Part shown: positions 19,383-28,037 of the stretch, in pieces
Layout: each line of letters opens with the position of its first letter
How positions within the stretch are numbered: position 1 is the stretch's first letter
Assembly (NCBI GenBank): GCA_963735345.1
Contig: CAVTKL010000009.1
Location: 6,916 to 70,915 of the forward strand
Length of the DNA: 64,000 nt
Reading direction: 5' to 3'
DNA from: an uncultured Thermoleophilia bacterium
GTDB taxonomy: Bacteria > Actinomycetota > Thermoleophilia > UBA2241
The notes under the pieces: generated by a model
Seen by the model: only the letters and a program-made list of their open reading frames with translations
Databases searched by the model: none
Told to the model about the DNA's origin: nothing
Translations under genes and position numbers: made by a program

Positions 19383-20464
19383 GACCTGTCGATGGCGCCC
19401 AACGCGGCCGGTGGCATCCGGCCCGGCGCCTCCCCGGACTCGGCGGCCGCGTCGGCGACCAGTGGCGCACACGCCTGAGGCCCGGGTCCATCGCCACCGG
19501 CCTCAAGCCATCCGGCCCCGATGACGGCTGCGATCTGCGCAGCATCGGGGCCCCCGCGGGCGCGAGAGCTGGCGATCAGCTCGCCGATGAGCCCCAGAGA
19601 AAGGAGCTGCACGCCGACGATGATGAGCAGCACCCCGAAGAGGAGCAGTGGGCGCTGCCCGATGGGCTGGCCGAACAGCAGCTTGTCGATCGTGAGATAG
19701 AGCTCGACCAGCACGCCCACGAAGACCAGCAGCGTGCCGATCCCGCCGAACAAGTGCTGCGGCCGATGCTGATACCGCCCCAGAAACAGCACGGTCAGGA
19801 GATCGAGATAGCCCCGCAGATAGCGCTGCCAGCCGTACTTGGAGCGACCCGCGACCCGGCGGCGATGACTCACCCTCTCCTCGGTGACGCGGAAGCCGGC
19901 CTGCGCTGCGACGACAGGGATGTAGCGGTGTTGCTCGCCATACACGCTGATCGTCTCGATGACTTCACGGCGATACGCCTTGAGGCCGCAGTTGAAGTCG
20001 TGCAGCGGAATACCCGTCGTGCGCCGCACGGTCCAGTTGAAGAACCGCGACGGCAGCGTCTTGCTCAACGGGTCCTGGCGACTCTGCTTCCAGCCGGACA
20101 CGAGATCGAAGTCCGCGTCCAGCGGCGCGATGAGCCGCGGAATCTCCCGAGGATCGTCCTGGCGATCGCCGTCCAAGGTGACGATGTAGTCGCCGCGGCA
20201 GACGGCGAACCCATGAGCCAGAGCCGCGGCCTTCCCGAAGTTGCGCCTGAGCCGCACGACGCACACCTCAGGCCGCGCCTCGGCAAGCCCCTTCATCACG
20301 CGAAAGGAGCCGTCCGTCGATCCGTCGTCCACGAAGACGATCTCGTAGGGGCGACCGAGTTGCGCAAGCGCCTCGTCGATCTCGTCGACGAGCAGCTCGA
20401 GGCTGTCGGCCTCGTTGAACACGGGAATCACAAGTGAGAGTGTCGGTTCCATCTCGCCCGTCAA
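19379..20464 (-). CDS. GT2 polyprenol-phosphate sugar synthase (Dpm1/GtrB/Ppm1-like) with C-terminal TM helices
   Basis: SLVIPVFNE, DDGSTDGS and the DGD motif of GT2 (VTLDGDRQDDP), plus two C-terminal TM helices as in GtrB. Confidence 0.8.
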   Translation of the reverse strand: MTGEMEPTLSLVIPVFNEADSLELLVDEIDEALAQLGRPYEIVFVDDGSTDGSFRVMKGLAEARPEVCVVRLRRNFGKAAALAHGFAVCRGDYIVTLDGDRQDDPREIPRLIAPLDADFDLVSGWKQSRQDPLSKTLPSRFFNWTVRRTTGIPLHDFNCGLKAYRREVIETISVYGEQHRYIPVVAAQAGFRVTEERVSHRRRVAGRSKYGWQRYLRGYLDLLTVLFLGRYQHRPQHLFGGIGTLLVFVGVLVELYLTIDKLLFGQPIGQRPLLLFGVLLIIVGVQLLSLGLIGELIASSRARGGPDAAQIAAVIGAGWLEAGGDGPGPQACAPLVADAAAESGEAPGRMPPAALGAIDRS

Positions 20465-20539
20465 GAATACATGCTTCCCGGGACGCCCGCCCTCAAGCGC
20501 CGCGGCGTCTCACGACGGCGCCGGACTGAGCGACCGCCC

Positions 20540-21487
20540 TCAGGATCGGATCGAACGGAGCAGCTCGATCAGCCGCCCCATCTCCGACTTGTCCTTGAAC
20601 ACGATCTGGATGGTGCCGCCACGGCGCCCCGCGCGGATGCGCACCGGCGCATCGAAGACGCCGTAGAGCTCGTCGATGAGAACGCCCAGGTCGGGATTCG
20701 GGTCAGGCCGGGCCGCGGTCTTGGCCGACGGCTCCACCTCGTCCATTCCTCTGACCAGTTCCTCGGTCTGGCGTACGCTGAGCCCCTGCGCCACGACCAG
20801 ACGCGCCGCCTTGCGCCGCCGCCCGTGGTCGGACAGCGCAAGAAGAGCGCGGCCATGGCCCTCGCTCAGCTCCCCGGACTCGAGCATGCCCTGTACGTCG
20901 TCGGGGAGATCGAGCAGGCGCAGGATGTTGCTGACCGCCGCGCGACTGCGGCCGACCAGCTCGGCGACTCTCTCGTGCGTAAGACCAAACTCGTCGACGA
21001 GGGCAGCGTAGGCGTGCGCCTCCTCGATACTGTTGAGGTCCTCACGAGCGACGTTCTCGGCGACGGCGATCTCGAGCGATGCGGCCTCGTCGGCCGGTCG
21101 CACGAGGGCCGGGATGCGCTCCAGACCGGCGAGCCTGGCGGCGCGCAGTCGCCGTTCCCCTGCGATCAGCTCGTAGCGAGGGCCGGGCGGCGACGGACTG
21201 GCGACGGACTCGGCTGGACCGGTCGCTGCCTCGGGGGTCTCCGGCGGCGACGCCGTCAGCGGCCTCACGACCACCGGCTGAACGACGCCCAAGGCTTTGA
21301 TGGACGCGGCGAGCTCGGCGAGGTCTTCGTCCGCGAACGTGCGCCGCGGCTGACGCCGATTCACCGCGATCTCCGCGAGCGCGAGCTCGCGCAAGCGACC
21401 TTCGACTGCGCCGCTGCGACCCAGGGAGGCCCTGCCGTCGCCGATCAGAGCGCCCAGACCCTTGCCCAAAGCTTTCCTGCTAGACAC
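20540..21487 (-). CDS. parB: chromosome partitioning protein ParB
   Basis: GTG start after AAGGAGG (VSSRKALGKGLGALI). ParB box LAEIAVNRRQPRR and an HTH domain. Confidence 0.9.
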   Translation of the reverse strand: MSSRKALGKGLGALIGDGRASLGRSGAVEGRLRELALAEIAVNRRQPRRTFADEDLAELAASIKALGVVQPVVVRPLTASPPETPEAATGPAESVASPSPPGPRYELIAGERRLRAARLAGLERIPALVRPADEAASLEIAVAENVAREDLNSIEEAHAYAALVDEFGLTHERVAELVGRSRAAVSNILRLLDLPDDVQGMLESGELSEGHGRALLALSDHGRRRKAARLVVAQGLSVRQTEELVRGMDEVEPSAKTAARPDPNPDLGVLIDELYGVFDAPVRIRAGRRGGTIQIVFKDKSEMGRLIELLRSIRS

Positions 21488-22241
21488 GGGAGACGACCTC
21501 CTTGGCGAGATCGAAGTAGGCGTCGCTGCCGGCACACGTCGCATCATAACGCGAGATGGGCAGCCCGTGACTCGGCGCCTCGCTGAGCCGCACGTTGCGA
21601 GGGACCACTGTGCTGAAGACGTGCTCCCCGAGGTGCTCGCGCACTTCTCGTGCCACTTCGCGGCCCAGACGAGTGCGACCATCGTACATGGTCACCAGGA
21701 CGCCCAGGATCACCAGCTCCGGATTGAGATGCTCCTGGACGAGGGCCACGGTGTCGAGCAGCTGCGCCAGGCCCTCAAGGGCGTAATACTCCGACTGCAC
21801 CGGGATGAGGACCTCTCCGGCGGCGACCAGCGCGTTGATCGTGAGCACGCCGAGTGACGGCGGGCAATCCACAAAGACGAAATCGTACTGAGACACCTGG
21901 CCGGTGAGCGCGTTATCGAGCACGTATTCGTTGCCCTCGGCGTTGGCGAGCTCCACGACGGACCCCGCGAGATCGGGACAGGACGGAACCAGCCAGAGGT
22001 GCGCGACCGGCGTCGAGACCGTCGCCTCAGCGACGCCGACGGCCCCTCCCAGGACCCCATACGTGCTCAGGCGCGCGTCGCGGGCACGCGCCATGAGGCC
22101 GGCAGAGGCATTCGCCTGGGGATCAAGGTCGATGAGGAGTACGTCGAAGTCGGCCTCCGCCAAGCAGGCCGCGAGGTTGACGGCCGTCGTGGTCTTACCG
22201 ACGCCACCCTTCTGATTGGTCACGGCGATGACGCGAGTCAC
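21480..22241 (-). CDS. parA: chromosome partitioning ATPase ParA/Soj
   Basis: Deviant Walker A VTNQKGGVGKTTTAVNLAA. Confidence 0.9.
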   Translation of the reverse strand: MTRVIAVTNQKGGVGKTTTAVNLAACLAEADFDVLLIDLDPQANASAGLMARARDARLSTYGVLGGAVGVAEATVSTPVAHLWLVPSCPDLAGSVVELANAEGNEYVLDNALTGQVSQYDFVFVDCPPSLGVLTINALVAAGEVLIPVQSEYYALEGLAQLLDTVALVQEHLNPELVILGVLVTMYDGRTRLGREVAREVREHLGEHVFSTVVPRNVRLSEAPSHGLPISRYDATCAGSDAYFDLAKEVVSRV

Positions 22242-23029
22242 CGATCTCCTTTCACAGGGTCGCCGATACTCACAGACGGCGACCTTGGCGCGGCCCTCAT
22301 CACGTTCCCGCTGAGAGGCCGCTTCGCGGCGAGCCCTTCGCGGCGCGGCAGACGCTGCGGAGTGGGACCGATCTTCTCATACACGACGCCCACAGCGTCG
22401 TCGAGAGGGGAGCGAGGTAACGCGACGACCGCGCCGAACGCAAGGCCGCAGTGAGCTGCGGCAACGGCCCCGTCGCCGCCCTCCTCGGCCACGGCACGGC
22501 GCGTCTTGCTGGCCACCAGTACGCCACCCATGCTCAGCAGCGGCGCGGCCAGCTCGACAAGGACGGGCAAGGGCGCCACGGCTCGCGCCAGCACCACGGC
22601 GAACGCCTCGCGCCCGGGCTGCCCTTGGGCCGCGTACGTCTCGCTGCGCGCACACTCGACGTGGGTGCGCGCGGCGACGCCGGTCGCGAGCGCCGCCGCC
22701 TCCAGGAAGAGGCACTTCTTGGCGGCGGATTCGAGCAGTGTCAACTCGATCGAAGGCAGGGCGACACACAGGGGGACGCCGGGCAGACCCGCGCCGGCTC
22801 CGAGGTCGACCCAGGCGGCCCCGGCCCGCATCTGCAGTCCCGGCACATCGAGGAGGGCCAGAGAGTCGCCGATGAGCACACGAAGGATATCGTCCCGGGT
22901 GCGGAGAGCGGTGATGTTGGACGCGCGCCAGTGGAGCACCAGATCGACGTACCGCGCCAGCGCCCCGGCTTGATCCGTATCGAGGCCAAAGACGGCGGCC
23001 ACCTGTTCCGCGCTGCTCCATGGCTCCAT
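22238..23029 (-). CDS. rsmG: 16S rRNA (guanine527-N7)-methyltransferase
   Basis: Start at the internal Met (MEPWSS). SAM-binding motif VDLGAGAGLPGVPLCVALP. Confidence 0.85.
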   Translation of the reverse strand: MEPWSSAEQVAAVFGLDTDQAGALARYVDLVLHWRASNITALRTRDDILRVLIGDSLALLDVPGLQMRAGAAWVDLGAGAGLPGVPLCVALPSIELTLLESAAKKCLFLEAAALATGVAARTHVECARSETYAAQGQPGREAFAVVLARAVAPLPVLVELAAPLLSMGGVLVASKTRRAVAEEGGDGAVAAAHCGLAFGAVVALPRSPLDDAVGVVYEKIGPTPQRLPRREGLAAKRPLSGNVMRAAPRSPSVSIGDPVKGDR

Positions 23030-23101
23030 GCGGTGAGGGTACCACGGGCGCGAGAGGCGGTCGCGACAGATCTCACCCGCCACGCGGCGGCGACAGGCGG
23101 G

Positions 23102-23572
23102 TCAGTCGTCCTGCAGCTTCGTGAAGACCAGCGAGGTGCCCCCGTCACGCTGCTTGCGCACGTCCAAATCGTCGACGACGGCGCGAATGATCGAGATGCC
23201 CATCCCGCCTTCGCCTTTGGGCAGTCCGGGGATGGTCGCGCACTCGGGGCAGTCCACTTCGTCCACGTCGAACCCGGCGCCGTCGTCGCAGATCTCGATG
23301 ACGACGCGGTCGTCGTGCATCGTGAACACCATGTGTACCTGGCCGTCGCCATCGTCGTACGCATGGCGGACCGAGTTGGAACACGCCTCCGTGAGGGCGA
23401 GCTTGAGATCGGCCACAGCGTCTTCGGAGTAGCCCCTCGAACGCAGCAGACCGACGAGCGCGAGACGACCAAGCACGACATACTCGGGCCTCGCCGGGAT
23501 ATCAAGCTTCACGTAATCGCTCACGGGCAGCAATGCTACTGGTTCGCCGACTCGCACACCAACTCCGGTCAT
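23102..23572 (-). CDS. RsbW/SpoIIAB-like GHKL serine kinase (anti-sigma regulatory factor)
   Basis: HATPase_c N-box (EACSNSVRHAY) and G-boxes (DDGAGFD ... GGMGISII). Its ATG at 23572 overlaps the radical SAM gene stop (ATGA). Confidence 0.75.
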   Translation of the reverse strand: MTGVGVRVGEPVALLPVSDYVKLDIPARPEYVVLGRLALVGLLRSRGYSEDAVADLKLALTEACSNSVRHAYDDGDGQVHMVFTMHDDRVVIEICDDGAGFDVDEVDCPECATIPGLPKGEGGMGISIIRAVVDDLDVRKQRDGGTSLVFTKLQDD

Positions 23573-24633
23573 TTGATCGTCACGCGCACGTTGACGTTTG
23601 TTCCGCACATGGAGCATAGGCTTCCCCGCAGGGCGACATCTTCAACCGCCGCACCGGTGCGACGCACCAGGAGCCGCTTGCAGTTGGGGCAGATGGTGTT
23701 CTGGCCCTCGTGCCCCGGCACGTTGCCCAGATACACGAAACGCAGCCCCGCGTCTTCGCCGATCCTGAGCGCTCGCTGCAGTGTGGGGATGGGCGTCGCC
23801 GGAAGGTGCGCGTACTCGAGATAGGGCGTGAAGCGCGTCACATGCCACGGGGTCTCGGCCCCAAGTTCCGCGACGATCCACCGGGCAATACCGCGCAACG
23901 TATCGTCATCGTCGTTGAAGGTCGGGATCACGTTCGTCACGATCTCGACGTGGCACCCGTGCTCGCGCTTCGCGCGCACGGCGGCGCGGAGGACAGGTTC
24001 CACGTGTCGGACCCGGCACAGCTCCTGATACTGATCGTCGGTCAGCCCCTTGACGTCGACACGATAGGCGTCGATGTGGGGCGCCAGGACATCGAGCGCC
24101 TCTTCGGTGATGTACCCGTTGGTGACCATCACCGTGTAGAGGCCGTGCTCGTGGGCGAGTTGCGCACCGTCGAGGATGTACTCCAGCCAGATGGTCGGCT
24201 CGTTGTAGGTCCAGGCCACGCCCTGACAGCCATTGTGATCAGCGAGGACGGGCAGGTTGCGCACGGGGAGTTCCCGCAGGTCGCGGGTCGCCTCTGAAGG
24301 ATCGGCATGGGCGATCTGCCAGTTCTGGCAGTGACGGCACGCGAAGTTGCAGCCGAGGCTCCCGAGCGAGAGCACCGTGGAGCCGGGGAAGAAGTGATAG
24401 AGAGGCTTCTTCTCGATGGGATCGGCCGCCACGCTGCAGACGCGCCCGTAGGTGATCGCGTAGAGCGTCCCGTCACGGTTGACACGAGCTCTGCACGAGC
24501 CGCTCTTGCCCGGCAGGATATGGCAGAGACGAGGACAGACGCGGCAGTCCACGGACCCGTCGTCACGACGCTCGTACAGCATCGCCTCGTGCCAGAGGGA
24601 CTCATCCATCACACCCGCGGTCTTCTCGCTCAC
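23569..24633 (-). CDS. AmmeMemoRadiSam-system-type radical SAM enzyme (PFL-activase-like)
   Basis: 354 aa. N-terminal Cys cluster (CRVCPRLC...SC) plus a radical SAM CNFACRHCQNW site and the family-typical GVAWTYNEPT and VTNGY motifs. Confidence 0.8.
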   Translation of the reverse strand: MSEKTAGVMDESLWHEAMLYERRDDGSVDCRVCPRLCHILPGKSGSCRARVNRDGTLYAITYGRVCSVAADPIEKKPLYHFFPGSTVLSLGSLGCNFACRHCQNWQIAHADPSEATRDLRELPVRNLPVLADHNGCQGVAWTYNEPTIWLEYILDGAQLAHEHGLYTVMVTNGYITEEALDVLAPHIDAYRVDVKGLTDDQYQELCRVRHVEPVLRAAVRAKREHGCHVEIVTNVIPTFNDDDDTLRGIARWIVAELGAETPWHVTRFTPYLEYAHLPATPIPTLQRALRIGEDAGLRFVYLGNVPGHEGQNTICPNCKRLLVRRTGAAVEDVALRGSLCSMCGTNVNVRVTIK

Positions 24634-24788
24634 GCGACGCTCCCCTCCAGGCCACCCGAAGGGCGACCATTCCAGACCTCCGATTGTACCCTGCTATACT
24701 CGGCTCTGTCGTACGGAGCCATGCACCTGAACGCTCGAGCGCCTGCCGTCTGCACCATGCCCGTTCCCACACTACAGCCCCGATCATC

Positions 24789-25445
24789 ATGAGCAGGCCT
24801 GTCACGCGCAGCGCCGGGCAGGTGGCCTATCGCGGGCCAAGCGGGGCGATCTACCTCAACCTCACCAATCGCTGCTCCGCTTCCTGTGCGTTCTGCCTGC
24901 GCGAATGGTCCGACAGCGTGTACGGCGCACACCTGTTCCTGGACGGCGAACCTGAAGCCGAGGAGGTCGTCGTCGCGATCGAGATGGAGTACCTGGACGG
25001 ACCCGCCCCAGAGGTCGTCTTCTGCGGGTTCGGCGAGCCAACCATGCGTCTTGACGTCGTGCTCGCGGTCACCGAATGGCTGCGTCTGCGGCGCATCCGC
25101 GTACGCCTCGACACCAACGGTCACGCCGGCCTCCTCAACCCCGGCGTGGACGTGCCGGCGGCGCTGGCGGCGACCGGCCTGAGCGCCGTGACCGTGAGCC
25201 TGAACGCCGCCGACTCGCTCACCTACGATCGCATCTGCAAGCCTGTCTTCGCCAAGACGCACAGGGCAGTGATCAGCTTTGCCGAACAGTGTCTCCAGCA
25301 CGGTATCGAGACGACGCTGAGCACCGTCGACTACCCCGGCGGCGACGTGTCTGGCTGCGCGGCCATCGCGGAGAGGATCGGAGCAGGGTTCCGCGTGCGC
25401 ACCTTGGTGACACCACGAGGCCGGAGCGAGGGGGACACGACATGA
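24789..25445 (+). CDS. small radical SAM protein (TatD-associated-type)
   Basis: Start at the internal Met (MSRPV). CxxxCxxC site NLTNRCSASCAFC and FCGFGEPTMR. About 218 aa. Confidence 0.65.
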   Translation: MSRPVTRSAGQVAYRGPSGAIYLNLTNRCSASCAFCLREWSDSVYGAHLFLDGEPEAEEVVVAIEMEYLDGPAPEVVFCGFGEPTMRLDVVLAVTEWLRLRRIRVRLDTNGHAGLLNPGVDVPAALAATGLSAVTVSLNAADSLTYDRICKPVFAKTHRAVISFAEQCLQHGIETTLSTVDYPGGDVSGCAAIAERIGAGFRVRTLVTPRGRSEGDTT

Positions 25446-26149
25446 CAGACAGCGGAGCCCGCATCCTTCTGGTCGATGACGAGGAGGCCATTCTGAAGCT
25501 CCTGCGTTTCCCGCTGGAGAAGGAAGGCTACCAGGTCGTGACAGCCAAGGACGGGGCTGAGGCACTCCAGATCTTCGCGCGCGAGAGCTTCGATCTCGTG
25601 ATCCTCGACCTGATGATGCCGCAGGTGGACGGCATGGAGGTCTGTCGGCGGATCCGCGCCAACAGCATCGTGCCCATCGTCATGCTGACGGCCAAGTCCG
25701 ATGAGTTCGACAAAGTGCTTGGCCTCGAGATCGGCGCCGACGACTACATCACCAAGGACAAGTTCAGTCTGCGTGAGTTCCGCAGCCGTGTTCGCGCCCA
25801 GCTGCGCCGCGCCCAGATGAGTCGCAGTTCGGAGGCGGCCAAACAGGACGTCATCAAGGTCGACAGCCTCGAGGTCGACCTGCCGAAGCGCAACGTCACC
25901 GTGCGCGACAGCAGAGTCGACCTGACGTACATCGAGTTCGAGATCCTCAAGACGCTCATCGCCCACCCGGGCCGCGTGTACAGTCGCCAACTCCTGCTCC
26001 AGCTGGTCTGGGGCGACTCGGACTACCGCGATGCTCGTACTGTCGACGTGCACATCCGGCACCTGCGCGAGAAACTCGAGATCGAACCCAAAGACCCGGA
26101 GTTCATCTTCACAGTGCGCAACATCGGGTATAAGTTCCGCGAGTTCTGA
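25442..26149 (+). CDS. OmpR-family response regulator
   Basis: 235 aa. Receiver domain (ILLVDDEE...D...K) plus a winged-helix output domain (RNIGYKF). ATGA overlap with the previous gene. Confidence 0.9.
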   Translation: MTDSGARILLVDDEEAILKLLRFPLEKEGYQVVTAKDGAEALQIFARESFDLVILDLMMPQVDGMEVCRRIRANSIVPIVMLTAKSDEFDKVLGLEIGADDYITKDKFSLREFRSRVRAQLRRAQMSRSSEAAKQDVIKVDSLEVDLPKRNVTVRDSRVDLTYIEFEILKTLIAHPGRVYSRQLLLQLVWGDSDYRDARTVDVHIRHLREKLEIEPKDPEFIFTVRNIGYKFREF

Positions 26150-26191
26150 CATGACGTTCGTCTAGGCGCCGGGCGAGGTCACGCCTATCCC

Positions 26192-27982
26192 ATGCTGTTC
26201 CGCTCCGTCAAGAATTGGCTCACCCTGCTCATCCTGGCTCTGGTCGCGCTGGCCATGGCGGTCGCTTGGGTCTACGTCGTGCCGCCCCTGCTCGACCGGC
26301 TCGACCAGCAGAAGCTCATGGACCAGCGTGGCAACGCCAAGCTCGTCAGCGACACCGTGAACCAGTGGGTCAACTACGACGAGGGAACCGACCAGACCGT
26401 CATCACCGACCCCGCTTTCCTGGAGACCCTCGTGGGACGCCTTGGCCTGCGCTTGAGCGCTCGCGTCGTGGTCCTGACACGGGAGCTGGAATCGAGCTAC
26501 GACACCGGCGGCTTCGACGAGTTGCGCGTGCGGGACTTCCCCATCGCGGAGCGCGCCCTGCAGTCCGGAGAGGTCGTGCAGAGCGTCACCACGTTTCCCT
26601 CGGGCCGCTACGCGGCCACGGCACTGCCCCTGTTCGCCGACGGCAGCCCCGACACCGTTGCCGCCGTCGTACTGACCATCGCTTCGCTCAGCGACGTGGA
26701 CAAGGCCGTGGCCGCCGTGCAGCGGCAGCTCTTCCTTGCTCTGATGCTGGCGCTGGGCCTCAGTCTCGTCCTCGGGTATATGGTCTCGTTCTTCATCGCC
26801 CGGCGGCTCAAGCGCATCGAGCGCAGCGCCGAGGCCATCGCCACGGGCGACCTGACGGCCAAGGTGCCGGACGCGCACGATGACGAGATCGGTCAGCTGG
26901 CGTCGGCCTTCAACATCATGGCCGAGCGGCTGAGAAACGCCTTCGCCCAAGTGGAGAATGAGCGTGACCGCGTGGAGGTTCTGCTCAACGACCTCAGCGA
27001 AGGCGTCATCGGCCTCTCGGCGGAAGGGACGATCATGATCGCCAACCCGGCAGCCGGAGAGCTGCTCGGCGAGCGCGGGCTTCTCGGCCGTGACCTCGAC
27101 GAGGCCTTCCCCGCCGACGTCGGCGAAGCCTGGAGAGAATCGCGCAAGCACGGCACCGTGGAGGCCGCCGTCTTCGTCCACGGCGAGCAGACGCTGGAGG
27201 CGACGACATACCCGGTCGGCAGCGGCGCCGACTTCACGTCGATCGTGGTGCTGCGCGACGTCACCGCCCGGGCGCGCCTTGAGCGCGCCCGGCGCGATCT
27301 GATCGCCAACGCCTCGCACGAGTTCAAGACGCCGCTCTTCTCGCTTGCAGGCTCGCTTGAGCTCATCGACGAAGGCGACTTGAGCCCCGACGAGCAGCGT
27401 GACTTCCTGCAGATCATGCGGCAGCAGATCGATCGCTTGAGCAATCTGGCAGTCAGCATGCTCGACCTCTCACGGGTCGAGGCGGGATCCTTCGAGCTGC
27501 ACCCCGAGCACGTCGACCTGGCGACAGTCACCAACTCCGTGCTCGACGAGTTCCAGGCGCAGGCGCAGGCCAAAGGCTTGTCGCTGATCCTTGAAGGCGG
27601 CCACGGAGAAACCGCCTGGTGCGACGAGCAGCGATTGGCCCAGGTGCTGCGCGCGCTGATCGACAACGCCATCAAGTTCTCGCCGCCGGGGAGCACGGTG
27701 CGCGTCACAGCCGCGGCCGACGCAACGACCGCGACGCTCATCGTCAGCGACAACGGCCCCGGCATCCCGGAGGAGGAGCTGCCGCACATCTTCGAGAGGT
27801 TCCACCGCGGCAGGCAGGAGAGAGCGACCACGTCCGGCGCGGGACTGGGGCTGTCCATCGCGCGCGAACTCACCGAGTTGCTGGGAGGGCATATCTCTGC
27901 GGCCTCGCGGAACGGCGAGGGGGCGGCCTTCACCGTGCTCTTGCCGCGCGTAGCCCCCCGCCGCGCCGCAGATCGATCGTGA
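26192..27982 (+). CDS. sensor histidine kinase (TM-HAMP-PAS-HisKA-HATPase)
   Basis: H-box ANASHEFKTPL; N, G1 and G2 boxes (DNAIKF, DNGPGI, GAGLGLSI). Confidence 0.9.
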   Translation: MLFRSVKNWLTLLILALVALAMAVAWVYVVPPLLDRLDQQKLMDQRGNAKLVSDTVNQWVNYDEGTDQTVITDPAFLETLVGRLGLRLSARVVVLTRELESSYDTGGFDELRVRDFPIAERALQSGEVVQSVTTFPSGRYAATALPLFADGSPDTVAAVVLTIASLSDVDKAVAAVQRQLFLALMLALGLSLVLGYMVSFFIARRLKRIERSAEAIATGDLTAKVPDAHDDEIGQLASAFNIMAERLRNAFAQVENERDRVEVLLNDLSEGVIGLSAEGTIMIANPAAGELLGERGLLGRDLDEAFPADVGEAWRESRKHGTVEAAVFVHGEQTLEATTYPVGSGADFTSIVVLRDVTARARLERARRDLIANASHEFKTPLFSLAGSLELIDEGDLSPDEQRDFLQIMRQQIDRLSNLAVSMLDLSRVEAGSFELHPEHVDLATVTNSVLDEFQAQAQAKGLSLILEGGHGETAWCDEQRLAQVLRALIDNAIKFSPPGSTVRVTAAADATTATLIVSDNGPGIPEEELPHIFERFHRGRQERATTSGAGLGLSIARELTELLGGHISAASRNGEGAAFTVLLPRVAPRRAADRS

Positions 27983-28037
27983 CCGTCCTCGGCGGCGTCC
28001 CGGCCGCAGGCGCCGAGAGTCGAATGGAAGGGATGGA

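Noticed and set aside
24630-25565. 311-aa minus-strand ORF upstream of the AmmeMemo rSAM gene (checked as a possible AMMECR1/MEMO1 partner)
   Set aside because: The translation is Arg/Gly/Pro-rich junk antisense to the well-supported small rSAM gene (24789-25445). No AMMECR1 or MEMO1 motifs.
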